Positions 1 to 8,688 of a DNA stretch of 20,000 nucleotides are shown one piece after another. Below the pieces are notes generated by a model. It was not told where the DNA came from, made no database searches, and saw only the letters and a list, made by a program, of their open reading frames with translations. Position numbers and translations under genes: made by a program. This stretch comes from an uncultured virus (IMG/VR IMGVR_UViG_3300025848_000036) (Duplodnaviria > Heunggongvirae > Uroviricota > Caudoviricetes), in IMG/VR virus record IMGVR_UViG_3300025848_000036. One strand, 5' to 3'. Each line of letters begins with the position of its first letter. Position 1 is the stretch's first letter.

Positions 1-191
1 ATTGCTCTCCACATCCCACGTTCGGTATATGCTAAGCCACCCTTACAGGCACGACCCCAATATCCTTCATCTGGCTTTGTACCCATCTGATACCACTTCT
101 GAATCTCCCAGAATCTGGCTCTCTTGCCATATCTCCAGTCACGAGTAACTTTAATTATATATTTTGGTCGTTCAATTTTCTTTTTGCTCAT
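1..191 (-). CDS. Hypothetical protein, truncated by the window edge (MSKKKIERPKYIIKVTRDWRYGKRARFWEIQKW...)
   Basis: Manually translated. ATG at 189-191 overlaps the stop of the upstream ORF (ATGA). Confidence 0.6.
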   Translation of the reverse strand, partial: MSKKKIERPKYIIKVTRDWRYGKRARFWEIQKWYQMGTKPDEGYWGRACKGGLAYTERGMWRA

Positions 192-367
192 TTCTTTTTA
201 CCCTTTTTATTTTTTGCAGGGTTATCATAATTTAAATTTAGCATTCCTTGCTCCAACAATGCTTTGTCCAATATAAAATTAGGACAGTGATTAACTGCTA
301 AATCGTACACATTTCCACAGTCACCACATTGCCAAGTAATGTCATCTACATTAACAAATAGTCTCAT
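188..367 (-). CDS. Small Cys-containing hypothetical protein, 59 aa (MRLFVNVDDITWQCGDCGNVYDLAVNHCP...)
   Basis: Manually translated. ATGA overlaps at both ends; CxxC motif. Confidence 0.65.
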   Translation of the reverse strand: MRLFVNVDDITWQCGDCGNVYDLAVNHCPNFILDKALLEQGMLNLNYDNPAKNKKGKKK

Positions 368-579
368 GTATCCATCATAGCACTAAGACCCTTGGTTACG
401 CAAGTCTCTATGCTATCTCCGTACCTATGATTAAACATTTGACCAGTCTCCCAAGGAAAGTCATCTTCTACAATTAAATAAGTGTTGATTGATTCTGGGT
501 CCGTGTCTCCTGAAACTCTACCAATATGATAAGTTTTAATTAGTTTATCATTAACATAAATTGGAATATGAATTGGCAT
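364..579 (-). CDS. Hypothetical protein, paralog of 4642..4851
   Basis: 45 of the first 65 aa are identical to the 4642..4851 product. Confidence 0.85.
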   Translation of the reverse strand: MPIHIPIYVNDKLIKTYHIGRVSGDTDPESINTYLIVEDDFPWETGQMFNHRYGDSIETCVTKGLSAMMDT

Positions 580-770
580 TAATTAGGAGCCTTTTCAATC
601 AACTCTGCATAAGCATATGCCCAAGCCTTTGCTTCATCAGATGGATGAGGAAACTCTTCTCGCATTTGTTGTGCTATCTTTTTTATTACTTGATGTTCGA
701 TAACTGGTCTAATTGCATTTTCAATCAGCCAACAGATTTGGCAATTATCTTCGTGTGGATGGTTTATCAT
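579..770 (-). CDS. Hypothetical protein
   Basis: ORF track; abuts its neighbours in an operon-like chain. Confidence 0.7.
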   Translation of the reverse strand: MINHPHEDNCQICWLIENAIRPVIEHQVIKKIAQQMREEFPHPSDEAKAWAYAYAELIEKAPN

Positions 771-989
771 TTATTTACCATTTCTCGCAATATCAACTGC
801 ATCCGCTAATCCATCTGCATAAGTTAAATGTTCTGGATTATCTGTTTTTCTCCAAACAGCAGCAATTTCTTGTGCTACCTGCTCACGCAGGGCAGTTTCA
901 AGATCATGCAATGTCTTTCTAATTAAAGCATCTTCCATGTTCCCTGCATATTCCATCAAAAGTTGTAGAGTTAATTGTTCTTTATCCAT
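771..989 (-). CDS. Hypothetical protein
   Basis: ORF track; tightly packed with neighbours. Confidence 0.7.
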   Translation of the reverse strand: MDKEQLTLQLLMEYAGNMEDALIRKTLHDLETALREQVAQEIAAVWRKTDNPEHLTYADGLADAVDIARNGK

Positions 990-1356
990 TTACTTTTCTC
1001 AATTCTGCTTTTAGTTCTCTTTTAATAGTTTTCCATTCATGTTCATGATAATACCAACGATTAGCATGATCATTAATAGCATAGGCTTCTACTTCTTCTG
1101 CAGTTCCCCAGAAAATCCCCTTAACAATTTCTTCTTTTAATTCTTCAACCTGTTCATCGTTTTCACAACCTTCAAGGGCATCGCAATAAGAGCATGATCC
1201 ATATCCAACTACAGTAAATCCAAATTTATTACCATTTTTGAGCAGGTATACATAATCACCCTGCCAATCACCAATATTCCAGTCTTTAATAATGGTTCCA
1301 GCAGATGCAACTAAAGAGTCATAAGACTCTGATGGATAATAATATTCTTCGCTCAT
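982..1356 (-). CDS. Phage hypothetical protein (GDWQGDYVYLL...YGSCSYCDALE)
   Basis: ORF track; YGSCSxCD motif; overlaps neighbours by 4-8 nt. Confidence 0.8.
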   Translation of the reverse strand: MSEEYYYPSESYDSLVASAGTIIKDWNIGDWQGDYVYLLKNGNKFGFTVVGYGSCSYCDALEGCENDEQVEELKEEIVKGIFWGTAEEVEAYAINDHANRWYYHEHEWKTIKRELKAELRKVNG

Positions 1357-1616
1357 AACTTTCCTAACATATATTTAATTCGTCTTAATATTGACTTAGA
1401 TTCAAAACACTCAGGATGAATGTCATACCCATACTCTGCATATTGTCCAAGGGCATAATTCCAAGCATCTTGCCACTTTTCAAATTTTTTATCAGTAATT
1501 TCAGCCTCTGGCATAATCTGTTCATCATTTTCATCAGTATCAGAAGCAAATCCTATTACCGCAGCATATCCACCAAGTGGATGTTTGCGTACTATATAAA
1601 AATTATCTGCGCTCAT
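1353..1616 (-). CDS. Hypothetical protein
   Basis: ORF track; ATGA overlap with the downstream gene. Confidence 0.75.
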   Translation of the reverse strand: MSADNFYIVRKHPLGGYAAVIGFASDTDENDEQIMPEAEITDKKFEKWQDAWNYALGQYAEYGYDIHPECFESKSILRRIKYMLGKL

Positions 1617-1761
1617 TTTTTAATAACTCTTTTGCTTGCTCTGGATCATTAAGATCGACATTCATTGTGATGCAATACACATATTCTCCACGCATGCCTA
1701 GCATCCAGGCAACGGTATTTAATATTTTAGATTTCCATCTAGGCATTGCTAATATTTCCAT
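1603..1761 (-). CDS. Hypothetical protein, 52 aa, leaderless (MEILAMPRWKSKILNTVAWMLG...)
   Basis: Manually translated. TATACT -10 lies 6 nt upstream of the ATG; TTGACA at 1792-1797. Confidence 0.65.
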   Translation of the reverse strand: MEILAMPRWKSKILNTVAWMLGMRGEYVYCITMNVDLNDPEQAKELLKNERR

Positions 1762-1793
1762 AGTTTTAGTATATACCATACTAATCTACAATG

Positions 1794-2615
1794 TCAAGCC
1801 TTTTGCATTTCTTCTACAAGTCTCCATATCTTAGTAAGGTCTACTTGGTCTGTGTGGATAAGAAACTCTTGAATACCCCATTTTTCTGCAATATCTTTTA
1901 ATTGTTTTACGACTTGCTCATGCGTACCTTTAATTGGGTGTTTATCATGTTTTCTAAATGCATAATCATGATATTCAATACTTTCAGGGTCTTGCCCTTC
2001 ATCAAGAATTAAAGGATCTATAACAAAAAGTAACTTGGCTTTGATTCTAGACATTGTTTCTTCAGTAAGCATGCGATCATTAATTATGATATAGTCTGCA
2101 TACTCATTTGCTGTCCTGATTGTGGTATCAGATGCTCCAACCACATATAGCACAGTCCTAAATTCATCTTCTACGCCCAATTTTTTATGTTCTTCCAAAA
2201 GCACTTTAAATTTTTTCATCCATCTTTCTGTTAATGCAACACGCTTTTCGTGGCTATTAATCAATTCTACATCCCATGGATAATCTCTAATAACCTTTTG
2301 TTCTATTTCGCCTCTATAGTTGCCACTAATAAGATTAAGATCTAATCTGTGTTTACCCCATCTTTGTGCAGTTACAAACGTTTTCATGGCATATTCTGGA
2401 GACATACCATAAGCAGGCAAAGCAATCATTATTTTAATTTTGACGGTATGCTCAAATATATCTGATAAATGTAATAAAAAATCTGTTCCGTATGGACCAT
2501 ATGGCAATAGTACAGATACTATATTCCTGTTTTCTAAAAACATGAACATATCCCTTAAGCCTTTTTTGGTATTGGGCCAATTATTTCTATGCATCCAATG
2601 GAATTTGTATGCCAC
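1794..2615 (-). CDS. Luciferase-like (LLM class) flavin-dependent monooxygenase, compact form
   Basis: SVLLPYG, IMIAL..YGMSPEY, RLDLNLISG, YVVGASDTTIRTANEYAD and C-terminal GTHEQVVKQL...GIQEF resemble SsuD/LLM TIM-barrel motifs. Confidence 0.75.
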   Translation of the reverse strand: MAYKFHWMHRNNWPNTKKGLRDMFMFLENRNIVSVLLPYGPYGTDFLLHLSDIFEHTVKIKIMIALPAYGMSPEYAMKTFVTAQRWGKHRLDLNLISGNYRGEIEQKVIRDYPWDVELINSHEKRVALTERWMKKFKVLLEEHKKLGVEDEFRTVLYVVGASDTTIRTANEYADYIIINDRMLTEETMSRIKAKLLFVIDPLILDEGQDPESIEYHDYAFRKHDKHPIKGTHEQVVKQLKDIAEKWGIQEFLIHTDQVDLTKIWRLVEEMQKA

Positions 2616-2619
2616 TAGA

Positions 2620-3171
2620 CTACTCTCCTGATGTGTTTGTTAAATTTCCTAAAATTTCTGTATCAAAAAAGATCATCGCTATGTGTGTTCCTGGTTCAAA
2701 CTTTTTTTCTGGTCTAGAATGCTTAACCCTAGCAGGATAAAATGCTATTGCTTCGTTATCTTTTAATTCATAAGTATTACCATTAACAATTATTGGCCAA
2801 GAGGTATTTCCACTAAGTTGATAATCAACCATAAAAATATCTGCCTTGTCTTCATGTTCAACAAGGTGTGGTCTTCCATATTCTGGGGCATACTCAGTAT
2901 ATCCAGCACGAATAAACCTGACATCAAGCCCTTCTTCGTTGGCAATACTAATAATCTTATCCTTGACATGATCTGGCACTTCAAGTTCCAATGTGATCTT
3001 ACCTAAACTAACGTTATGAATTATTTTGTGGGTATCTGTAAATTCAGGTTCTGGCTCTTTAGCAAACTCTTCCCAGCGTTTAACGGCAGATGTTTCTTTA
3101 ATTTGATTTGCTTGATTACGCAAATTTAATATGTCATCTTCGGACAATAGTTCTTTGATGTGCTTTTCCAT
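2620..3171 (-). CDS. Putative 2OG-Fe(II) oxygenase (DSBH fold)
   Basis: HED...DYQL...WPI...LKDNEAIAF...KHSR gives an HxD...H triad. Start moved to ATG 3171 because TATAAT lies 7 nt upstream. Confidence 0.65.
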   Translation of the reverse strand: MEKHIKELLSEDDILNLRNQANQIKETSAVKRWEEFAKEPEPEFTDTHKIIHNVSLGKITLELEVPDHVKDKIISIANEEGLDVRFIRAGYTEYAPEYGRPHLVEHEDKADIFMVDYQLSGNTSWPIIVNGNTYELKDNEAIAFYPARVKHSRPEKKFEPGTHIAMIFFDTEILGNLTNTSGE

Positions 3172-3245
3172 ATAAACCATTATAGCGTATCTTTAAGTTC
3201 GGCGGTAAATAGAAATGTTAACCACCCCATGCTACTACCGTAGCA

Positions 3246-3815
3246 CTATTGGTTAGGAGTTTCTCGTGGCACCCATAATGTTTCATCACCATTGGCTGCA
3301 TATCTAGCAAACACAAATAACAGGTCTGATAAACGATTGAGGTATTTTGGTACTAAGGTATTGACTTCAGCACCGTCATTTGACATATGAACCACAAACG
3401 CCATCCAAACATCTCGTTCTGCCCTACGGACAATTGCTCTAGCATTATGCAATAATACTGCTCCTTGTGGTCCAGCAGGCAGGATAAATGAATGTAAAGG
3501 CTCTAGTTGAGAGTTATATTTATCGATTACATCTTCAAGAAATGTGATCTGGCTCTCAATGATTCGTAATCCCTCAGCAGGAAGCGGTACTGAGAGGTCT
3601 GCCCCTAAGTCAAATAGATCATTTTGAACCTGACCAAGAAGAGCGGAGATATAAGGATTAACAAATGTTCGTGCTAGACCAATTGCTGAGTTGGCTTCAT
3701 CCACAGACCCAATAGCCTCAATAAGTGGGCTAATCTTTGCAACTCTTTCGTTGTTACCAATAGAGGTAAGGCCTTCATCGCCTGTTTTTGTATAGATTTT
3801 TGTTAGGTGTACCAT
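3246..3815 (-). CDS. pduO: ATP:cob(I)alamin adenosyltransferase, PduO type
   Basis: KIYTKTGDxG, GSVDEANSAIG, QNDLFDLGADL, FILPAG, RAIVRRAER and YLNRLSDLLFVFAR signature motifs. Confidence 0.95.
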   Translation of the reverse strand: MVHLTKIYTKTGDEGLTSIGNNERVAKISPLIEAIGSVDEANSAIGLARTFVNPYISALLGQVQNDLFDLGADLSVPLPAEGLRIIESQITFLEDVIDKYNSQLEPLHSFILPAGPQGAVLLHNARAIVRRAERDVWMAFVVHMSNDGAEVNTLVPKYLNRLSDLLFVFARYAANGDETLWVPRETPNQ

Positions 3816-3821
3816 AGGTTA

Positions 3822-3850
3822 AGTTTATCAGATTTGGCACGGTATGTCAA
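3822..3850 (-). promoter_or_regulatory. sigmaA promoter of leaderless pduO
   Basis: TTGACA-17-TAAACT, 6 nt upstream of the ATG. Confidence 0.8.
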
Positions 3851-3984
3851 CTACGACTCCAACAATCCCTACATTTAGGTAAAGAATTATTATCTATTCC
3901 AATAGCCTTTTTACCACACTCACATATAAAAGTCTTGAATCCCAACAATATAGATAAATCATAGGGGTCATCATCAAGAGCCAC
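3847..3984 (-). CDS. Small Cys-rich protein, 45 aa, GTG start, leaderless
   Basis: Manually translated (VALDDDPYDL...CECGKK...CRDCW). TATAAT 6 nt upstream. Confidence 0.55.
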   Translation of the reverse strand: MALDDDPYDLSILLGFKTFICECGKKAIGIDNNSLPKCRDCWSRS

Positions 3985-3998
3985 AAGGCCATTATATA

Positions 3999-4127
3999 TT
4001 ATTCTTCAAATGATATTTGTTGCTCAAACATTTTGTCCTGACATTTTGGACATTGCTTAGTAATGTTATCAGTCCCATAATCAACCTTAAACATTACACC
4101 ACAACTAAAACATAATACATCGAGCAT
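3999..4127 (-). CDS. Small zinc-ribbon protein (MLDVLCFSCG...CPKC), leaderless
   Basis: Two CxxC motifs; TGC-TACAAT lies 6 nt upstream of ATG 4127. Confidence 0.65.
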   Translation of the reverse strand: MLDVLCFSCGVMFKVDYGTDNITKQCPKCQDKMFEQQISFEE

Positions 4128-4154
4128 ATTCTTATTGTAGCATATAATGGTATT

Positions 4155-4487
4155 ATGAACGAGGCTATTTTGTATATTTTGTATAGTCCAATGCATAGGG
4201 CTATCAAAATAGGGATGAGTGATATCTCAGGTAAAAGGTTTGCTCAACATAGGACCAAGGGATGGCTCCTTGTTGCCTATTGGCATTTTTTCGAACGGGA
4301 TCGAGCAAGAACCGTAGAATCCCTAGTACTAAAAACACTAAGAGAAAGATATGGACATGACAGGAACCAAGGTTTCCTTGATAAGTCAGATATGCCTCAA
4401 AATGGATACACTGAGACATTTGATGCTTCAAAGATAACACGCAAAGGTTTGATCCGTATGGTCAATAGAGCGATTAAGGCTGTTTGA
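4155..4487 (+). CDS. GIY-YIG / T5orf172-like domain protein
   Basis: ILYILY...IKIGMS...RFAQH...E pattern; leaderless, TATAAT at 4143-4148. Confidence 0.65.
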   Translation: MNEAILYILYSPMHRAIKIGMSDISGKRFAQHRTKGWLLVAYWHFFERDRARTVESLVLKTLRERYGHDRNQGFLDKSDMPQNGYTETFDASKITRKGLIRMVNRAIKAV

Positions 4488-4498
4488 TACCGCTGGTT

Positions 4499-4621
4499 TT
4501 AGCAGTTATGAGTATATCCACAATCAGGACATTTCTCTCCTGGATTTGCTACACAATCATCACACCAATCTGGTGCATCTTTCCAAGATTTGCCTAAAGA
4601 ATCATATTCTGGTTTGTCCAT
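4499..4621 (-). CDS. Small Cys-rich protein, 40 aa, leaderless (…WCDDCVANPGEKCPDCG…)
   Basis: Manually translated. Two CxxC motifs; TATACT 6 nt upstream. Confidence 0.6.
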   Translation of the reverse strand: MDKPEYDSLGKSWKDAPDWCDDCVANPGEKCPDCGYTHNC

Positions 4622-4641
4622 ATGTACAGTATATCGTAAAG

Positions 4642-4851
4642 TTATCCACAGGTTCGAATACCCTTGATAATACAGGTTTCAACTCCATCCCCATATCTAT
4701 GTTCAAACTCTCTACCCATACTCCATAGTTCATCGTCCTGGACAACTAGATATTTATTAATGGAATCAGGGTTTGTATCCCCTGCTATTCGTCCAATATG
4801 GTAGGTTTTGATCAGTTTGTCATTGATATAAATTGGAATATGTATAGGCAT
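4642..4851 (-). CDS. Hypothetical protein, paralog of 364..579, leaderless
   Basis: Paralogy; promoter TTGACA-17-TATACT (4858-4886) lies 6 nt upstream of the ATG. Confidence 0.85.
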   Translation of the reverse strand: MPIHIPIYINDKLIKTYHIGRIAGDTNPDSINKYLVVQDDELWSMGREFEHRYGDGVETCIIKGIRTCG

Positions 4852-4892
4852 GGTTTAAGTATATATTGGGATAAGGGGTTTGTCAAGCATAG

Positions 4893-4912
4893 TTATCCAC
4901 AAGTTATCCACA
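4893..4912 (+). promoter_or_regulatory. Tandem DnaA boxes
   Basis: TTATCCACA at 4893-4901 and 4904-4912; another at 4642-4650. Confidence 0.7.
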
Positions 4913-5071
4913 TAAAAATCTTACTGATATTTTTCTTAGATGGGGTTAAAGTGGAGTGAAGTGGAGGATAGTGGGTAATGGAGCATTTATATCGTAGCGG
5001 CTCGTAATGCCAAACCACCTATCCTCATATCCAAACAAAATATCCAAACAATTCCAAACCACATTTGCAGG

Positions 5072-5152
5072 ATTATAGCCCAAATATCCATATTTGTCAA
5101 ATAAAAATATATAAGGTTTGGGCATTATACCTGCAAAACCTCTGTTTGTCAA
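5072..5152 (-). promoter_or_regulatory. Two tandem perfect-consensus sigmaA promoters
   Basis: TTGACA-17-TATAAT at 5072-5100 and at 5124-5152. Confidence 0.8.
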
Positions 5153-5235
5153 GTATCTTCGTAAAGAAATTTTGAGCAAAATGCCCAAATAAATCAAATA
5201 ATGTTTGATATTATTTTATTTTGTTTGATATTGTT

Positions 5236-5871
5236 TTAAAACATAGAATTTTCTAAAGAAAAGGCTTTTGCAGTAGTATGCCATATAACTATAGCGTATC
5301 TATTGCCAGAGGTTACTTCTGTTGTACCGTGCCAGGTTTGAGACGGGAAGATCGTAATATCGCCTGGTACTGGATCATATACAAAACCACCTAAATCCTC
5401 AGTGTATAGATCAAAATTACTCTTTCTTTCAAACTCTGACAAATAGGCAATCTTTCCACCTTCAAACTCATTGTTTAAATATAATACACTTGAGCAAACT
5501 GTTGGATGAATTCCATGCTGATCTTTATGCATTCGTAATTGTAAACCAGGTGTTAGTTTGGTAAGGCTGATTCCTTCTATATAGAGATGTGGTCCATCGT
5601 AATGGTAATATTCTTTAAATACCGCTTCGGCTCTACGTGCATAATCGTAAAGTTTTTCCATAAGTGGTTTGGGATGTACCGAAGGAGCAAAATCATTTGG
5701 AACATTAGATCTATAAACATCTCCTCGATCGTAGGCTTGACCTATATGTTTCGTAAAGACTTTTGGATCTTCACAATGTTTGTCTATATAGTCTACCCAT
5801 TCCTGGGCCTCTGAATCTGAAATAAAATTATTAATGATCTTTATGTCGGGGATCAAGTTTATGCTCCTCAC
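5236..5871 (-). CDS. 2OG-Fe(II) oxygenase, prolyl 4-hydroxylase-like
   Basis: MHKD, SVLYLNNEFEGG, PGDITIFPS, WHGTTEVTSGNRY: HxD...H triad plus the 2OG-binding Arg. Confidence 0.9.
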   Translation of the reverse strand: MRSINLIPDIKIINNFISDSEAQEWVDYIDKHCEDPKVFTKHIGQAYDRGDVYRSNVPNDFAPSVHPKPLMEKLYDYARRAEAVFKEYYHYDGPHLYIEGISLTKLTPGLQLRMHKDQHGIHPTVCSSVLYLNNEFEGGKIAYLSEFERKSNFDLYTEDLGGFVYDPVPGDITIFPSQTWHGTTEVTSGNRYAIVIWHTTAKAFSLENSMF

Positions 5872-6025
5872 GCCAAGCCTGGCGGTTGAAAAGGTCGGGG
5901 GTATATGAAAAGAACTTAGACAAACCTATAAGATGAGTAAAGGCTACAAAAGCATTAGCAAGATCTCTATCTTCTTGTTTTGCAGCATTTGGATTATTCA
6001 TTCTAGAAAAGTGTCTTGGACTCAT
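5831..6025 (-). CDS. Hypothetical protein (MSPRHFSRM...), leaderless
   Basis: TGT-TATAAT 6 nt upstream of ATG 6025; overlaps the oxygenase start by 41 nt. Confidence 0.55.
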   Translation of the reverse strand: MSPRHFSRMNNPNAAKQEDRDLANAFVAFTHLIGLSKFFSYTPDLFNRQAWREEHKLDPRHKDH

Positions 6026-6148
6026 AAAATAATTATAACACCATATGTTTGATATGGGGTTTGACAATACCTTCGTAATCTGGTACAGTAAAGGCTCTTC
6101 GTAATAAGGTTTGATACTAATGTTTGATATCGGGGGCTGTGACCTAAA

Positions 6149-6439
6149 TCACGCCCAATCAACACCAGCCTCAACAAGCATATCTGCTAATGACTCATAG
6201 GACTTATTTTCAGGAATCTCAAGTGCCCCACAAAGTAATTCAAAACACTCATTCACATAAGCCTCAACTAATGGTGTAGACTTGATTATATCCATATCCA
6301 TGCAGTATGCTAGTGGCAAACCAATATCGTTATATGTTATAAAATCCTGCAAACTTTGTTCATCACGATATTCCATCCAGAAGTTTGCAAGGATCGCACA
6401 TCTTTTAGAAAAGTCTGTATTGGTGTTGTTGTCTGTCAT
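6149..6439 (-). CDS. Hypothetical protein
   Basis: ORF track; probable start MTDNNT at 6439. Confidence 0.75.
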   Translation of the reverse strand: MTDNNTNTDFSKRCAILANFWMEYRDEQSLQDFITYNDIGLPLAYCMDMDIIKSTPLVEAYVNECFELLCGALEIPENKSYESLADMLVEAGVDWA

Positions 6440-6614
6440 AACTATCTCTTTCATATTGTGCTGACTCTGCTATAACCATAAGACGATTATAGGATACCAT
6501 TGGTGCTACCCTCGCTAGATAGACTCCAACTTTATCTATGTCAAGCCTTAAGTCTGAAACTATACCTGCGAGTTTGAGGGCAGCCCTCTCTTCATCAGTC
6601 ATAGCGTATCTCAT
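6405..6614 (-). CDS. Hypothetical protein
   Basis: ORF track; GGAGG RBS upstream. Confidence 0.7.
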   Translation of the reverse strand: MRYAMTDEERAALKLAGIVSDLRLDIDKVGVYLARVAPMVSYNRLMVIAESAQYERDSYDRQQHQYRLF

Positions 6615-6640
6615 GGTTCCTCCATTGTATCAGAAAAGCA

Positions 6641-6687
6641 GGAGGGGCGCAAGGTAAGAAAGTAGGAAAAAACCTCACGCCCCATCC
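6641..6687 (-). other. GC-rich RNA hairpin with pyrimidine-rich loop, 3' of a stop codon
   Basis: GGGGCGUGAGGU / ACCUUGCGCCCC stem, fully paired (with G-U) on the minus strand. Confidence 0.65.
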
Positions 6688-6691
6688 TTAT

Positions 6692-7054
6692 TTAATTAAC
6701 GAGAAGCGACCCAACTTCTCGTGCCCCAGCATAATAGTTGATGTATTCATCTATTGTGTGAGAAGAATCTGTATCAATAACAGTATTAGTAGTAAAATCG
6801 ACCATTGTGTAATGATATTCTTCCTCCCCACCAACTGGCCCTACATAAATTCCAAACCCAGTTTCTGAGTCCCAATCAGAGCCAATCAATTGGCTTATAA
6901 CAATACGCAATGCATAGCCTGTATCACCAAGACGTGGCTTAGCCTTCTGCAGGGCCATAGCAAGGTCTACATCTTTAGAGTCTCCACCCCAGTGACTATA
7001 TAACGTTAGAATGCCTTCTTCAGTTTTGAAATGGAAATTAGTTCTTGCTCCCAT
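6692..7054 (-). CDS. Phage hypothetical protein (MGARTNF...LYSHWGG)
   Basis: ORF track; GAAAGGA RBS before ATG 7054. Confidence 0.8.
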   Translation of the reverse strand: MGARTNFHFKTEEGILTLYSHWGGDSKDVDLAMALQKAKPRLGDTGYALRIVISQLIGSDWDSETGFGIYVGPVGGEEEYHYTMVDFTTNTVIDTDSSHTIDEYINYYAGAREVGSLLVN

Positions 7055-7134
7055 TGTGGGTCCTTTCGTTAGTACGGATATCAAGCATATCAAAATCCAG
7101 CGGTAAAGTCAATTGTTCGAACATTGTAGATCTC

Positions 7135-7668
7135 CTAGTAGTGAAAGTCAACAGGTACTAAATATTGTTTTGAAGCCTTTTCAGGGTCTTCCAGGCGTTC
7201 CTTAAGGTAAACAGTGGCTGCTGTATACTCCTTACCGTCAAAGAAATGGCTATCAGGATTATAGTTGTTGCCTAACATTTCAGAGGCCAGTTTGACATAG
7301 TAACGATTCATATCAAACCTATCATCTGACATATCACGACCGTCAGCAAACTCTGAGATATCAGAGAAGAATTTATTAATGTCCATGCGCTCAATATAGG
7401 ATTTCATGTTTTGTGTACGCCATTCAGTTATTTTATTTAAAGTCTCATTAAACTTTTCTGGATGTTCTGAATGGGAGATTACATCCTCTTCTGAATCATT
7501 ATATTGATTGTTAGGGTTTTCACTCCACCTACCCCCACCCACTACGTGCCAGTCGGACCAATCTGCGATACGATAACCTTCATCGCTAGGTTCCAACAAT
7601 GAGTAGACTTGGCCAAAGGCATCTTTTTTGCTTTCTGCCTCAACAGTAATATAGTGAATTGTATGCAT
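7135..7668 (-). CDS. Phage hypothetical protein (DWSDWHVVGGGRW...LVPVDFHY)
   Basis: ORF track; start at 7668 overlaps the upstream stop (TAATG). Confidence 0.8.
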   Translation of the reverse strand: MHTIHYITVEAESKKDAFGQVYSLLEPSDEGYRIADWSDWHVVGGGRWSENPNNQYNDSEEDVISHSEHPEKFNETLNKITEWRTQNMKSYIERMDINKFFSDISEFADGRDMSDDRFDMNRYYVKLASEMLGNNYNPDSHFFDGKEYTAATVYLKERLEDPEKASKQYLVPVDFHY

Positions 7669-8111
7669 TATAGGGTCTCCAGTTCTCTTAGTTCTTCTAT
7701 TGTAGCGCAGGCTGGGCACTTTTCCAAATCTGCATCTTGAAACTTATCTCTAATCTCATTCTCAGGGTCGTCCCATTCTTCATGACAGTTCTCACAGAAA
7801 TAAACGGGTACACCAACCAAAACCTGTATATCAGTATCTTCAGGGAAAGGAACCTCAGTAATAAAGTATCCTAGTCTATTTACAAATCCCCAACCAGACC
7901 AGATATAACTACCGCCGTCATCTCCGTCACCATACATCCAGATATTTTGTGGATTCTGGGATTTGACAAATTCTACCTCTTCGCCATATGTTTCGAACAT
8001 GATACCAACACCGTCTTCATTTTGAAAAGAAGCATGTGGGTCAATGAGATTAGGGATTGGCTTATATGTTGCTTCCCACTCATCCATTGTCATCTCAACA
8101 AATTTACGCAT
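7668..8111 (-). CDS. Hypothetical protein with C-terminal zinc ribbon
   Basis: CENC...CPAC. Confidence 0.8.
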   Translation of the reverse strand: MRKFVEMTMDEWEATYKPIPNLIDPHASFQNEDGVGIMFETYGEEVEFVKSQNPQNIWMYGDGDDGGSYIWSGWGFVNRLGYFITEVPFPEDTDIQVLVGVPVYFCENCHEEWDDPENEIRDKFQDADLEKCPACATIEELRELETL

Positions 8112-8409
8112 TATACATATCCTTTGCTTTATCTAGTACGATTGCAAGAGCCTCAATTGCTCCCTCATGATAGTCTTGCATACTTGAATCATCTTTGTCA
8201 AATTGGCCATTCTGACTATCTACTTTAGCAAAGATATCAGAGAGTTCTTGTTCATGTTCGTTAAGTTTGTTTTCAATAAACATGATGAGTTTTTCTACAT
8301 ATTCCGTGCCAATCTCAGTTGCACAATCGCCACACATGGCAGATTCATTTTCAGTGAAGGGTATGCTGCAGCCACACTGACAGCACCAAGATTCATCACG
8401 CATTCCCAT
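8104..8409 (-). CDS. Hypothetical protein with N-terminal Cys cluster
   Basis: CCQCGC...CGDC. Confidence 0.75.
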   Translation of the reverse strand: MGMRDESWCCQCGCSIPFTENESAMCGDCATEIGTEYVEKLIMFIENKLNEHEQELSDIFAKVDSQNGQFDKDDSSMQDYHEGAIEALAIVLDKAKDMYNA

Positions 8410-8636
8410 TAGAATGTCTCTTCAGGGTGGAAGTTAGGTTCGACATTATCTTTTGCAGGCTCATCATAGATTAGGGCAAATGCTTCTGATAACCCCATAG
8501 CATAGCCTTCTGCTTCTTTGCGTTCGAAGCCGTCCATAGCATCGTCATAGCCTGTTTCAGCCTCAGCCTCGTGTAGTTCATTGTAATTAGTCCAAGCAGT
8601 ATCAATCATTGCTTGAAGCATTGCTTTCTTATCCAT
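8409..8636 (-). CDS. Hypothetical protein
   Basis: AAAGGA RBS; promoter TTGACA-17-TAGAAT at 8664-8692. Confidence 0.75.
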   Translation of the reverse strand: MDKKAMLQAMIDTAWTNYNELHEAEAETGYDDAMDGFERKEAEGYAMGLSEAFALIYDEPAKDNVEPNFHPEETF

Positions 8637-8688
8637 ACTTTTTCCTTTTTTTAGATTACTATAATTCTAGCATTTTTGGGCAGGTATG

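Noticed and set aside
4946..5197. 83-aa minus-strand ORF
   Set aside because: It runs through two perfect promoters and low-complexity repeats and has no credible start signal.
8104..8636. Possible paralogy of 8104..8409 and 8409..8636 (EG...L motif)
   Set aside because: Similarity is too short to support by eye.
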